From the NCBI RefSeq assembly GCF_006345805.1, contig NC_043005.1:66216001-66280000 (forward strand): 64,000 nucleotides of DNA, written 5' to 3'. The position numbers were made by a program, and so were the translations under genes. The stretch's first letter is position 1. Each line of letters opens with the position of its first letter. Source of the DNA: Octopus sinensis (Eukaryota). Shown piece by piece: positions 52,760 to 64,000 of the stretch. Under the pieces are notes generated by a model. It did not search any database. It was not told where the DNA came from and saw nothing but the letters and a program-made list of their open reading frames with translations.

Positions 52760-54110
52760 AATCTTCGAACTTTCTACGATGAACCTATAGCTTCTCGGTG
52801 ATATCTTGGTTGAAATCTGTATCATTGATTTCTACTCGTCGATACCTGAACTACTGTTGCGTAATGCATTGAAGTTTGCGCGTCAGTTTGTAACTATCGA
52901 TGAGCACGCACGTCAGACACTGTTATATAATAGTGGATGTGTTTGGACCGAAGGGATAACCCAAGTCAACTATTTGATATCCCAATGAGTCCGTATGGTT
53001 GCACAGATATATGCGACTTGGTTGGTTTTTACATATTAGATCTTCTAAATTCGAAATTCCCCATATACCGGGATGCTGCTGTGACACAATTATAATAGGC
53101 AGACGATGGATTCCATTAGAAAACAGTTGATTTTCAACATTTAGTTCTTTAGGGCTTAATATATTTATTGACAAAATGTAACTAGAACTAGCTTGTTAGA
53201 ATGTTTCCTTAGAGCTCAAAACTAATTCCTATAAGCCTGACAGAAATCTGAAATATATTAATAAGCATTTCCACCATTCACTTATAGCATATAAGAACTT
53301 AATTCCGAACATTAGCTGTAGGGTTACATGGCTTTCTTCTTCCAAAGAAATATTTGTAAAGGATTCACTATATCATAGCAAGGTTCTTCAGGATGGCAGC
53401 TTTACTGAAAAAATCTCTTATAGTCCTCCATCACCTGAACCACCTAGTCATAAAAAGATGTCCCGTAAAATTCCAAGGTTCACCCTACCCGTCTTTCTAA
53501 TTATTAGGACAAATATATGTAGAAGATTCTTACATTTATCAGACATTCATTTTCCTAGCAATCACAGATACAGAAACATATCTAATAGATACACGACTAA
53601 AATCAGTTTTTTTTTTCGCACCAATCACCAGTATAAAAGCCTATATCAATAAACAACCACTGACTCAAACCTTTCCTGGATGAACGTGCAGCGATAAATC
53701 TAAATATTCTTAAGGGCAGGTATGCAATATATTCTAGGTTGTTTATGAGGCACGAGTACAAGCAAGCTATGCCGACGGCCGTACAGTAACCAAATGTTAT
53801 ATTGGATTAGTGGAAGGAGGAATTTAAATTCAGTTATATTAAACATTTCCGACTTTTAGGCACCGCAAGAAGAGATATGAAAAAACCCTCTCGGAATTAA
53901 TCTGGAAACTTAAAGATGAAAACATTTACTACATCAACTGGAAAATCCTTTCCAAAACCGAACCCTACATTTACGGGCCCAAAAGACGTGCGATATTTTC
54001 CCTTGAAAAACCGGACTTTTAAAAAGGTTAAGAGCGTATGATAACTAAATTCCAGGAATGAGATATTTTCTTTACATTCGCATTTTAAAAATGTGGAAAA
54101 TTATAAACTA
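52760..54110 (+). mobile_element. Penelope-like element relic, RT plus C-terminal GIY-YIG
   Basis: IIDFYSSIPELLL, FDIPMSPYGCTDICDLVG, TNICRRFLHLSDIHFPSNH...NRYTTKIS, VVYEARV, CYIG, LSELIW, INWKILSKTEPY, LNSRNEI; many stops and frameshifts. Confidence 0.85.
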
Positions 54111-54355
54111 CCAGACGCATCGTCAACCATTCCAGTCTGGTTTACGTAAGTTTGAAATACGTAATGTTTGTTTTAACGTCGGTTGTCTCCCTTCTGTTTT
54201 TCTCTCTCTGTCTTTTTCTCTCTTTTCCAATGGCACACTCTCACTACTCAATATCTGCTTAAGGCTTGTTTGTGTGCCTTATTGTTGAGAGTTTCTATAT
54301 CTATATTTATATGGATGTGACAGAGAAGGCATGTGAAAGAAGCAGTTTGAGAGAA

Positions 54356-54397
<42 letters not shown>

Positions 54398-54494
54398 AAT
54401 AAGTAAGTTCTATATTCCTATGTTCATCTGAATATATATCATTGACTTTATGACTAATACACACACACACACAAACACACACATTATTACTCAC

Positions 54495-54532
54495 CTCTGG
54501 AGTTTGCAAATGATCACTATACTGATACGTAA
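54495..54532 (-). other. Candidate 38-nt micro-exon
   Basis: ttttaaattcattctgtccag|ttacg...ccagag|gtgagt; one open frame reads TYQYSDHLQTPE. Confidence 0.3.
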
Positions 54533-55390
54533 CTGGACAGAATGAATTTAAAACCTATAAATGTCTTTGAATAACCAGTCACTCATCTGGGAAGACCTTG
54601 TAATCAATGTTACCATCTGGGGACTATGTGTGACCGAGTGATGATAAAAAGACTGAAAGGAGGTCTGCAACCAAATATCTTTACTCAACACTTTGCAACT
54701 GAATCATTGGAGACAAAGATGCCTCTCATTTACTTAACAATTTATGCACCACATTGCAGAAATCACAATGTAAGTGTATGTCAAAGCAAACTGTTACACT
54801 GTTGTACCATTGAATTAGAAATAATGCCCAACTTTTATGCTCAGGTAACCCTACAGCTTCCAAGAGCACAACTGTATTCGTTTTTGCTTAGATAAAATGA
54901 CAAAATTGTGGATGTTAAGTCTCCATGGAGGGGTCTTTCTAACTTTGTAAGAAGATGAAATTTTATAAATATTACTTCATTTGTGTCTAATATCTATGGT
55001 TAACATTTTATCAACAGCAAAAATATATGAATTGTCATGAGGGTTATGGCCCTTATGTTTAGAATATAATTTCCAAATTTCATAAAGATCCATTCAGTAC
55101 TTTTGACCTAGTTTTGGATCATAAATTGATAGATACAACTGAGTGGGCAAACAAAAATATGAGACACAGCCTAGTGCTTTTTTATGTTGATAAGCCTTGT
55201 ACTTATTCTATTAGTTTGTTTTTGTGAAACCTATAAGTTTTTGGGATGTAAATAAATGAACAGCAGTTGTGAAGCAGTGATGAGTGTGAAACACAGACAC
55301 AAAGACACACACATACACTTACATATATACATATATACATATATATACGATTGATTTGTTTCAGTTCCTGTCTACGAAATCCATATATAT

Positions 55391-58070
55391 TGTTGTTGGC
55401 ATCCTTTTTGTCTCGGGAGACAATGGAGTTGCGCATAAAATAATCTAGTCCAGCTTTTACATTTCATGTCCTAATACATCTCCTGCTGTGGCTGCGTAGT
55501 CCTATCCTGGACAAACACTCCCTCTGGCAGGTGCCGCAAATGTAGCGAAGACTTTGCCTGGCTGGTTGTAATGTCATACTTTCTTGTTGACGTCTTTTCT
55601 TGTCTTTCCATTTCTCCTCTCCCTCTATGTCACTCCTTTGTGTTCCCTCTTTTACGGTACGTCGCCAATCTCCACGGTTGCTGGCAACTGCTTCCCAGTT
55701 GGTGATATTGATATTGCAGGCATTCATGTCCCTTTTGCAAACATTCTTGTATCGTAAGAACGGTCTTCCCACAGACCTAGTACCCCTAGCAAGCTCTCCG
55801 TTGAGTATGTCCTTGGGAATTCTGCCATCTTCCATACGGCTAACATGTCGAAGCCATATCATACGTCTTTGTGTGAGGAGTGTAAACATGCTTGGTATTC
55901 CTGCTTGCTTGAGGTAATCTTTGTTGGGGACATGATTCTGCCATTTGATGCGAAGGATTTTCCGGAGGCAGCGCAGGTGAAAGATATTTAGGCGACGTTT
56001 GGCGTAGTATGGCGTCCAAGTCTCACTTCCATACAGTAGAGTGCTAAGTACACATGCCTGGTAAATCTTCATTTTTGTGGTCTTGGTCAGCTTATTGTTG
56101 TCCCATGCCCGTTTGGAGAGTTGGGCCATCACAGCAGCTGCCTTGCCATTGAGCTCAGTATCAAGGGATAGGTTGTAGGTGACGGTAGAGCCAAGATAGT
56201 TAAACTTCTCCACTTCCTGTAGACTGTGGTCTCCAATATGTATGTTTGGGATGGTCGATGTAGCCTGACCCATGTTGTTAGTCTTCTTGAGGCTGATAAA
56301 TAAGCTCAAAACAGTTGATGAGCCTTTGTAGGGCTTCTTCTGTGTGTAATACCAGAGCGGCATCATCAGCAAATAGCATCTCCTTGATCAGGATGCTTCT
56401 GAATTTGGTCTTGGCACGCAGACGCGAGAGATTGAACAGTTTCCCATCACTTCTACTGTGCAGAAACACTATATCATCTGATGTCACAAAGGCATGTGAC
56501 AGCAGCAGCGAGAAGAAGATGCCAAATAATGTAAGAGCAAGGACACAACCTTGCTTTACCCCATTTTTTATTTGGAAGGCGGCTGATGTTGAACCATTGT
56601 GCTGTATGGTCCCTTGCATATCATCATGGAATGGTGTGATGATCCTCAGCAACTTTGGTGGACATCCGATTTTTTGGAGCAGGATGAAGAGGCCTTTTCT
56701 ACTTACCAAGTCAAAGGCCTTTGTCAGATCAATGAATGCCATATATAATGGTATTTTCTGCTCTCTGGAGTTCTCCTGAAGTTGGCGTATGGAGAATATC
56801 ATGTCAATAGTTGATCTGCTTCTTCTAAAGCCACACTGCGATTCTGGATAAATTCGAGAAGCAAGCAGTTGCAGCCTGGATAGAATAATACGAGCAGAGG
56901 CCTTTCCAACAGTGCTTAGAAGAGATATTCCACGGTAATTGTTACAATCACCACGGTCACCTTTGTTTTTGTAAAGCGTAATGATGTTAGCATCCCGCAT
57001 ATCCTGAGGAACTGTACCCTCTTCCCAGCACTGACACAGAAGCTCATGAATGTGCCGAAGCAGGATGGTGTTTTTGCCGGTTTTGATGATCTCTAAGGGG
57101 ATGCCGTCTTTTCCCGTAGCCTTGTTACTTACTAGGGAGTCAATAGACTTGGTGAGCTCTGCTATAGATGGCAGACTGTCAAGTTCACACATGACTGGCA
57201 AGATCTTGACACCCTCGATTGCAGCCTCAGCTACCGTGGTCTCTCGTGAGTAGAGATCCTGGTAGTACTCCACCCATGTATCCATTTGCTTGCTTTTGTC
57301 CTTGATGAGATCCCCAGTAGTTGATTTCAGAGGGGCTGACTTGGTTGCGGATGGACCGAGGGCCTTTTACAAACCGGCATACATCCCACTGTCAACAGCT
57401 GACTGGATACTCTGACAGATTTCCTGCCAATACCTATTTGCACAGCGTCTGGCAGTCAGTTGGGTTTTATTTCTTGCCTTTCTGAGTTCTTCGAGTGACT
57501 TTATAGAAGAATCACTCTTGTATTACATCAGAGCTGCACGCTTTGTTTCGACAACTGTTTCTAGCTCTGAGAGCCCAGCACTGAACAAAATCTGTGTTTT
57601 GCCTTTCTCTCATGCCGAAAGTATCTATTGATGTGGTATACAAAGCTTCCCTGATATGATTTCACCTACTTTCAACAGAGGTGGTTTGGCAGCTACTGAG
57701 GGCAACTTTGATAGAAACAGCAAAACATTGTCGCAGTGTAGGGTCGGAGGTTCTGGCAGTGTTAATTCGTGATCGGCCCATTTTCTTGGAGTGATGGACT
57801 TTTTAGGCAGAATCCTCACCCTGCTTCTTATTAGTGAATGATCTGTGTCACAATCCGCGCTGTGGTACTACGAGACAGTTGAACAGAATTCAGAAAGGGT
57901 CTTCGTGTAATAATGAGATCCAGCTGATGCCAGTGGTGAGATCTTGGATGTCTCCAAGATGCCTTGTTGGATGTCTTGTTGGCAAAGAATGTGTTAGTGA
58001 TGCACAGGTTATGGTATGTGCAAAATTCAAGTGGTCTCTGGCCATTGTCATTCATGTTGCCAATACCAAA
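55391..58070 (-). mobile_element. RTE/BovB-like LINE, 5'-truncated within the APE endonuclease, frameshifted
   Basis: FGIGNMNDNGQRPLEFC...HQLDLII (APE); NYRGISLL, QCGFRRSRSTIDMIF, FIDLTKAFD, GVKQGCVLA, LFADD (RT); terminal CGTCQRECLSRIGLRSH; 3' end gagacaaaaaggatgccaacaaca. Confidence 0.95.
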
Positions 58071-58891
58071 ACACATACACTTACATATATACATACATAT
58101 ATATATACGATCGATTTGTTTCAGTTCCTGTCTACGAAATCCATATATATATATATATATACATACATATATGCATACACACACATACATATATATTTGG
58201 AATTTACAAAAGAAACGAACAAAAGACGAAAACTGGTGTCTAAACAGCAAACAGGTTTATTACTTTAACGCTTCGGACTTCCGAAAATTTATATACTGAG
58301 TAGTACTAAATTTAAAATTAGATATGGGGACGCAAGAATTCATTTATTCACTCCTATATAAAAAATTAGACATTTTAGTATGTTGTAAGCATAAATATTT
58401 AGCGTCTTATAATTTTCTTAAACTTTGAAATATAAAAGCTTTTTGAAAATACGGTCCAATTAGATGATTAGAACCAATGAACACTTATGGACAAACCTGT
58501 AATCTTGATGTAACCACGTGCTAAAACCTCTCATAATTTTTTTATTTTTACAAATTTTTTTCGATTCTGTCGTCTGCATAATGGAATTGATACAATTATG
58601 CAATTTTTTTTATTCGTGGTTTTAAAATACGGACAGTTGAATCTACCATTCGTTTTTTTTATAATTTCCAAATAATTTTTTTAGATACTTTAAAATCAAA
58701 ATTGCGTAAATATGTGTGCCAGAAACAGTAGTTAAAAATTAAGGAAATAGATTTTTGAGAGATCTCTTATTACGACTGGCTTTTATTCCATTACTAGCAT
58801 AAAAGACTCGTCGTTGCCGGGTCATAGTGCTAGTGAATGTGTATATGTGTATATATATGTGTACATACCACATGTACATCTTTATATATAC

Positions 58892-59063
58892 AATGGTTGC
58901 ATACTGTCAATCTAACGTGAACGTGACAGTTTAACCCTAGGAAGCATCGACGCCTCCTGATGGCGTTAGATTGACAGTATACAACGATGCCTCCTAGGGC
59001 TAAACAGCGGTGGTGTAACCCCCTACTGTCACGTTCACGTTAGATTGACAGTATACAACCATT
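58892..59063. repeat. Nested inverted-repeat element
   Basis: 39-bp outer arms with 1 mismatch, inner ~19-bp arms, and a third internal copy of cgttagattgacagtatacaa. Confidence 0.85.
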
Positions 59064-59874
59064 CTATCGCCCCACCACCGTACATATCTCTATGAGAGAT
59101 TTAGAAATTTAATATTTCTGATATATATATACATCTACACATAAAATACAAAATACAAAGTTATATCTTGATATCGCTAGTGATAACAATACTCAAAATA
59201 TATAACAGACGGGAATTGTTAGCCCGTCTCTTGTAATTTCGATCAATTGTATCTTGTCCTCCCTCTTGTATAGAAGTGTGGCTAGAACCCAGCCTACCGC
59301 TACTTCTGGGGGGGGGATGCAATTTTAAATTTTTTTCCGGGACATCCTACGTCCCAGATATAAAGTTAAAAATAAAATATTTCCACTTTGCAAGTTCGAG
59401 TCGAGTACTCCCTTGCACGCTCCGTTGACCCGAACCTTGCTCCTATTGTGGCGAATTTACCGCTTCTGATTAGATATCTTTCATAGTCGTACCAAGACAC
59501 TTTTCGAAGGTGCTTTCCTCTGTGTTCAAATCTTCTTTTTTCTCTACATTGTATACTTTATAGACAATAGTCTTTTCTTTAATCTAATTTTTTATTATCC
59601 ATCTGGACTATTCCATTTCTGCACGATAATTTTATTTTTAATTTATTCCCATTCATGTGAAACCACCTATTCAAGTTCAAGTCATTGATGCAATTTTATA
59701 TCAATTGCTATTTTTACTTTTGTTATGTTACGATTATATTATACTTTAGTTTGATTTTAATCATTACTTACAACATATAATTGAATTGTTATTATTATTT
59801 TTATTGTTAAAGTGAAAGTATCTGACATAAAATAGAGAAATATTTTTGTTTCACTTTTAACACGTAATACTGAA

Positions 59875-60316
59875 ATAGTGGAGAAGATATGATATTGCTA
59901 TGGGCTCGCTCTAGGTAAGAAGTTGAACATTTTTTTTGCCCATGAAACTACATGGACTCTAAGTAAGGCATGTGTAAAATTTGAATGAAATTGGTTGTGT
60001 AGTTCTCAAGTTTTAGGGAATCGTAGTGGAGAAGATATGATATTACTGTGGGCTCACCCTAAGCAAAAAGTTAAATATGTTTTTTGCCGATGACACTCCC
60101 CGGACCCTAAGTAAGGCATGTGTAAAATTTGAATGAAATTGGTTATGTAGTTCTCAAGTTTTAGGGAATCGTAGTGGAGAAGATATGATATTACTGTGGG
60201 CTCACCCTAAGCAAAAAGTTAAATATGTTTTTTGCCGATGACACTCCCCGGACCCTAAGTAAGGCATGTGTAAAATTTGAATGAAATTGGTTATGTAGTT
60301 CTCAAGTTTTAGGGAA
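59875..60316. repeat. Tandem repeat, 3 x 148 bp
   Basis: Units start near 59875, 60023 and 60171; units 2 and 3 identical by eye, unit 1 diverged in its 5' half. Confidence 0.95.
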
Positions 60317-61799
60317 ACACACAGACAGACAAATACACATTCTCAGTTTTATATATATAAAGATAATGCTGATTCTGTATTTGCTTGTCTTAGTATGTAA
60401 ATATGTTGGATTATAGACATCATGATATACAATCAAAATAGAATCCTATGTGACGGAATCAAGTTCCCAGCACTGAATAATGAAGTGTTTACTTTCGTCT
60501 CCCACCTTTCTCTCTCTCTCCTTTTCCTGTCTCTTTCTCTGCCTGCCTGTCTGTCTGTGTTTTTCTCTCTCCCTGTATAGATTGTTCATATTAACAAGTT
60601 TCATTAAATATTATGAGTCACTTTGGTTCGTAGGATCATCAGTTTGTGTTAGTGTTTTTGTACAAATGTACGTACGATGTAACAAAATAGAATTTCAGTT
60701 TTCAGTGGTGAGCATGCGAAACACATACCAACAAAAATAGAACAAATAAATATTATATCTATTAGTAGCCAATATACACACATGCCATTAAAAACTTGAT
60801 TTCTTATCTGCCTCTCGAAATTAGACGATGCATCAATAATATTTGTCTAATGAAAATCTTGCTACTTATACACACAATCCAATGTACAGTTAGAATGTGT
60901 ATGAATAGTCGCATCAAATACATCTGGATACGTGCATTTGACCGTTATGATTTTATATACATTGTCATTCATGTATACATGTGTTGGAGCAGCTAAGAGA
61001 ATGAAAAAGAAAAATGCATTTTTTTTCAATAAGTTAACAATTATCTGCACGTATATTTCTTTTTAACCGCAGTATTACATTCCGCCCCATATAAACTGCT
61101 CATTTCAAACAGAAATTTTCTTTTCTATCGAAGTACATTATCGCTAATTTATTGCCAATCAATATCGACCATATTGATTTCTTGATCTCTTCCGACTACA
61201 CAGGTCCCTAGATTTCTTTTATTCTCTTTTTATTCAAATCAGAAAATATGTTTACACTGATCTTAAGGAAAACTGAAATCTTTTTCTCTAATTTAATCTC
61301 GTTTACAAGAATTCTCATTTCATCTGTACAAATACTAAACACACGCAATCTGTATACTATAATTAAGATCTGCAATATATAGCTACATTTTTTAATGCAT
61401 TGAAATGATGAGGCTCCTTAGACAAGTACAATGTAAATACCCTCAAATAAACATGATTAAAATATAAAAAAAGGGGAGAAATGAAAATATGGAACGATGA
61501 CTAGAAGAAATCTCTACATTTTGGCTGGAAAAGTAAAATCTCAATTTAGAATGAGTTTTTAAAGCAGCCTTGTCTCGCTTAATCATAAAGGAAAGAATCC
61601 TAAAAAAACAAAAACAATACAATAAGTGGACACCATAACGGTGGCCCAATACACTAAATATCGAATTATATAAGAATATTTCTTTCTGTGTGATACATAC
61701 ATACATACATACCTGTCTGTCTGTGCATGCATATATATATATATACATGCATATATATACATGCATATATATATATACATGCATACATATATATACATG

Positions 61800-61846
<47 letters not shown>

Positions 61847-62440
61847 GCATATATATACATGCATACATATATATATATAAATATATACATATATATAATA
61901 CTTGTGAATAACATTTAAACATTTGAAGTAGGAGGAAAGGAAACTAAGGAAAGAGAACGACGCGGGGAAGGAGAGAAAAAATCCCATGCACATGAGTACT
62001 CATACAAGCAAGCTAATGCAAGCATATATATGTGTGTGTATATGAAATTACGTCAGTTGTATTTATGACGTAACAACAGTCTTTCCGTCTTTCCAATTCA
62101 GTTTTTTTGGTGTTTTCGCAATTTACGCTGCAAAGGAAATTTATTTCAGTCAATCACCCACACTCAATAAACCAACTAGTATACATGCACAAATGCACAC
62201 ACAGACACATATAGATGCGCACACAAACACACATCTACGCATTCATTCATTCATATCCAGACACTTACGTACATAGTCAAATATTTATGCACACACAAAC
62301 CGATGACTAAAAACATCGACATTAAAAGACGCATAAGATTTGATGCTGTTGAATTTGTCCCACTTTATATGAATTATCTTGTAACCCATTCTGCACGAAC
62401 TCTGAATTATTCTATAAGGAGTGGAGTCGTTCTCTCTCAG

Positions 62441-62486
<46 letters not shown>

Positions 62487-62616
62487 AATTCGAAAGTTCC
62501 TTCTATGGTTTTCTTCGCCTCATGATGCTCGACTAACGTTTTCATGTTCATAAATTCTGATGATCAATTTTATTTTTTCGTTTTGCGCTTTGATTTTCCC
62601 ATACATTTCAGGGAAT

Positions 62617-63490
62617 TCAGGAAACAGCCGACAGATTAGCCGCAGCAGCTCGTGCATTTAGACTGACTATCAGCATCAAGAAGACTGGAATTTTATCACA
62701 GCCAAAACCTGAGGCAGAAAAGACTCAAGATTGAAATGTGATGATTGTCAGAAGAGGCACTCAAATGGGTCAGGTCATTTAAATATCTTGTAAGTATAGT
62801 AAACTTTAAGAGTACTCTTGATGATGAAGCCAATGTTAGAATGTCTAAGTCCGCAAACGCTTTTGAAAAACATAACCCTCGTTTGTGAGATAAACACGAT
62901 GTCAGTCTGAAAACTAAAATAAGTACACAACTTTCGTATTTTGAACATACTTTTGTATGGGACAGAAGTATGAACTCCTTACTATTGATATATAAAGAAA
63001 CTTGAAACTTTTTACAGTTGCTGTCTGTGCAATATTTGTAATATAAAATGACAAGATAAGATATCAAATGTCAAAATCTTAGAAAAATGTGATATCTCCA
63101 GTATAAAGAGCATGCTGCTGAGGATTCAGTTCCAATGGGTAAGACATGTTATTCGAATGAAAGATGACCCCATTCAGAAAATTCTTTTGTATGGCCAAGT
63201 GACATCGTGGTAAAGGAAAACCCGTCCTTAGACAGAAGGATAAAATGAAGCAATCGCTAAAGTCTTTACATTTTAATTTGACATCTTGGGAGAGTCATTA
63301 CTTAGATCGATCAGCATGCCGTAAAATGTGGCATGGTACATCTAAACAATTTGAGTTGAAGAAACACAACAATAAAAGGATCAACAGACGCATTTGTGCA
63401 ATCTCAGACAAAATCAAAATCCTCAATGTCCCCAGTTTGACTTCATGGCAAAATTCATTTTTGGACTAAAATTACATTCGCAAATAGATG
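62617..63490 (+). mobile_element. RTE-clade LINE 3' relic, degenerate
   Basis: AFRLTISIKKT, FKYL, NFYSCCLCNICNIK, QFQWVRHVIRMK, ILLYG, LTSWESH...DRSACRKMW. Confidence 0.8.
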
Positions 63491-63944
63491 CAATCCATCG
63501 CAAATAGATGCAGCAGCTTTTTTTGGGTTTTATTTTAAAAGTTGTTTTTTCTCTGTCCCACCTTTCCCCATCTCCTTCAAATACGTGGAAATGGACGACA
63601 GTGACATCATATATGTACAAATAGACACACACACACACACACATGTAGGACGCCATGTGTCATCAATATATATGTATTTGAATTTACACTTTACTGTTAA
63701 TGATTCTACCACAAATATCCCACTGTATTCTAATATTACCTTTCATATACAACTTACTGAAAGGTTTCTTGTATACAACTTTAATCTACTTCCTTATTAC
63801 ATTTGCATGAATTTCTTGATTTATGCAGATAAAAAAAAACAGATATAATTTGAAACAAAAGATTGAAAGTGCAAATGGCCAAGATCTGTTGGTGCCTATT
63901 CAGATCCATACGAGAAATAGTGTTCCACTGAACCTTTTGCAATG

Positions 63945-64000
63945 TATTGGGTTGTCCGGAAAGTTCGTGCCGAATTTTAAAGGAAAGAAAAAGGTCACTA
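63945..64000 (+). mobile_element. Probable mariner-type TIR at the window edge
   Basis: TA followed by ttgggttgtccggaaagttcgtgccga, resembling mariner TIR starts as recalled. Confidence 0.4.

Larger units (their letters stand above)
58793..60364 (+). mobile_element. Non-autonomous Helitron/HINE(Lep1)-like element with cargo
   Basis: 5' hairpin actagca-gactcg-cgggtc-tgctagt (58793-58834); 3' end aaatttgaatgaaattgg...acacacagacagac...ttttatatatataaagat. Confidence 0.5.

Noticed and set aside
53681-53683. In-frame TGA at the first Cys of the PLE CxC-like motif as possible selenocysteine
   Set aside because: The same copy has nearby TAA and TAG stops and frameshifts, so TGC/TGT to TGA decay is the simpler explanation; no SECIS recognised
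59875-60316. CRISPR-like array
   Set aside because: Whole 148-bp units repeat with no unique spacers; eukaryotic context and no cas genes

Overview
AT-rich, microsatellite-saturated eukaryotic DNA, most likely intronic or intergenic sequence from an octopus genome. The organism is an inference from the abundant tRNA-derived SINE families, which I recognise as octopus-type, and from the extreme (TA)n/(CA)n/(TATC)n load. I cannot confidently identify any host protein-coding gene. Almost all ORFs in the supplied track are microsatellite read-throughs or transposon debris. Recognisable content: three tRNA-SINE families (many copies); RTE-clade LINEs (a 2.7-kb copy with an ~80-bp target-site duplication, a copy with a twin-priming-like 5' inversion, and a decayed copy); Penelope-like elements (RT and GIY-YIG relics, plus a pseudo-LTR carrying a variant minimal hammerhead ribozyme in two copies); a HERO/R2-group relic; a CR1-like relic; a truncated mariner; Helitron/HINE-like and MITE-like elements; a deleted 5S rRNA pseudogene; several long palindromes; and a 100-N gap. 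The best non-transposon lead is a locally duplicated block at 37.8-39.4 kb. Its most conserved part is a minus-strand 41/48-nt micro-exon with canonical splice sites.
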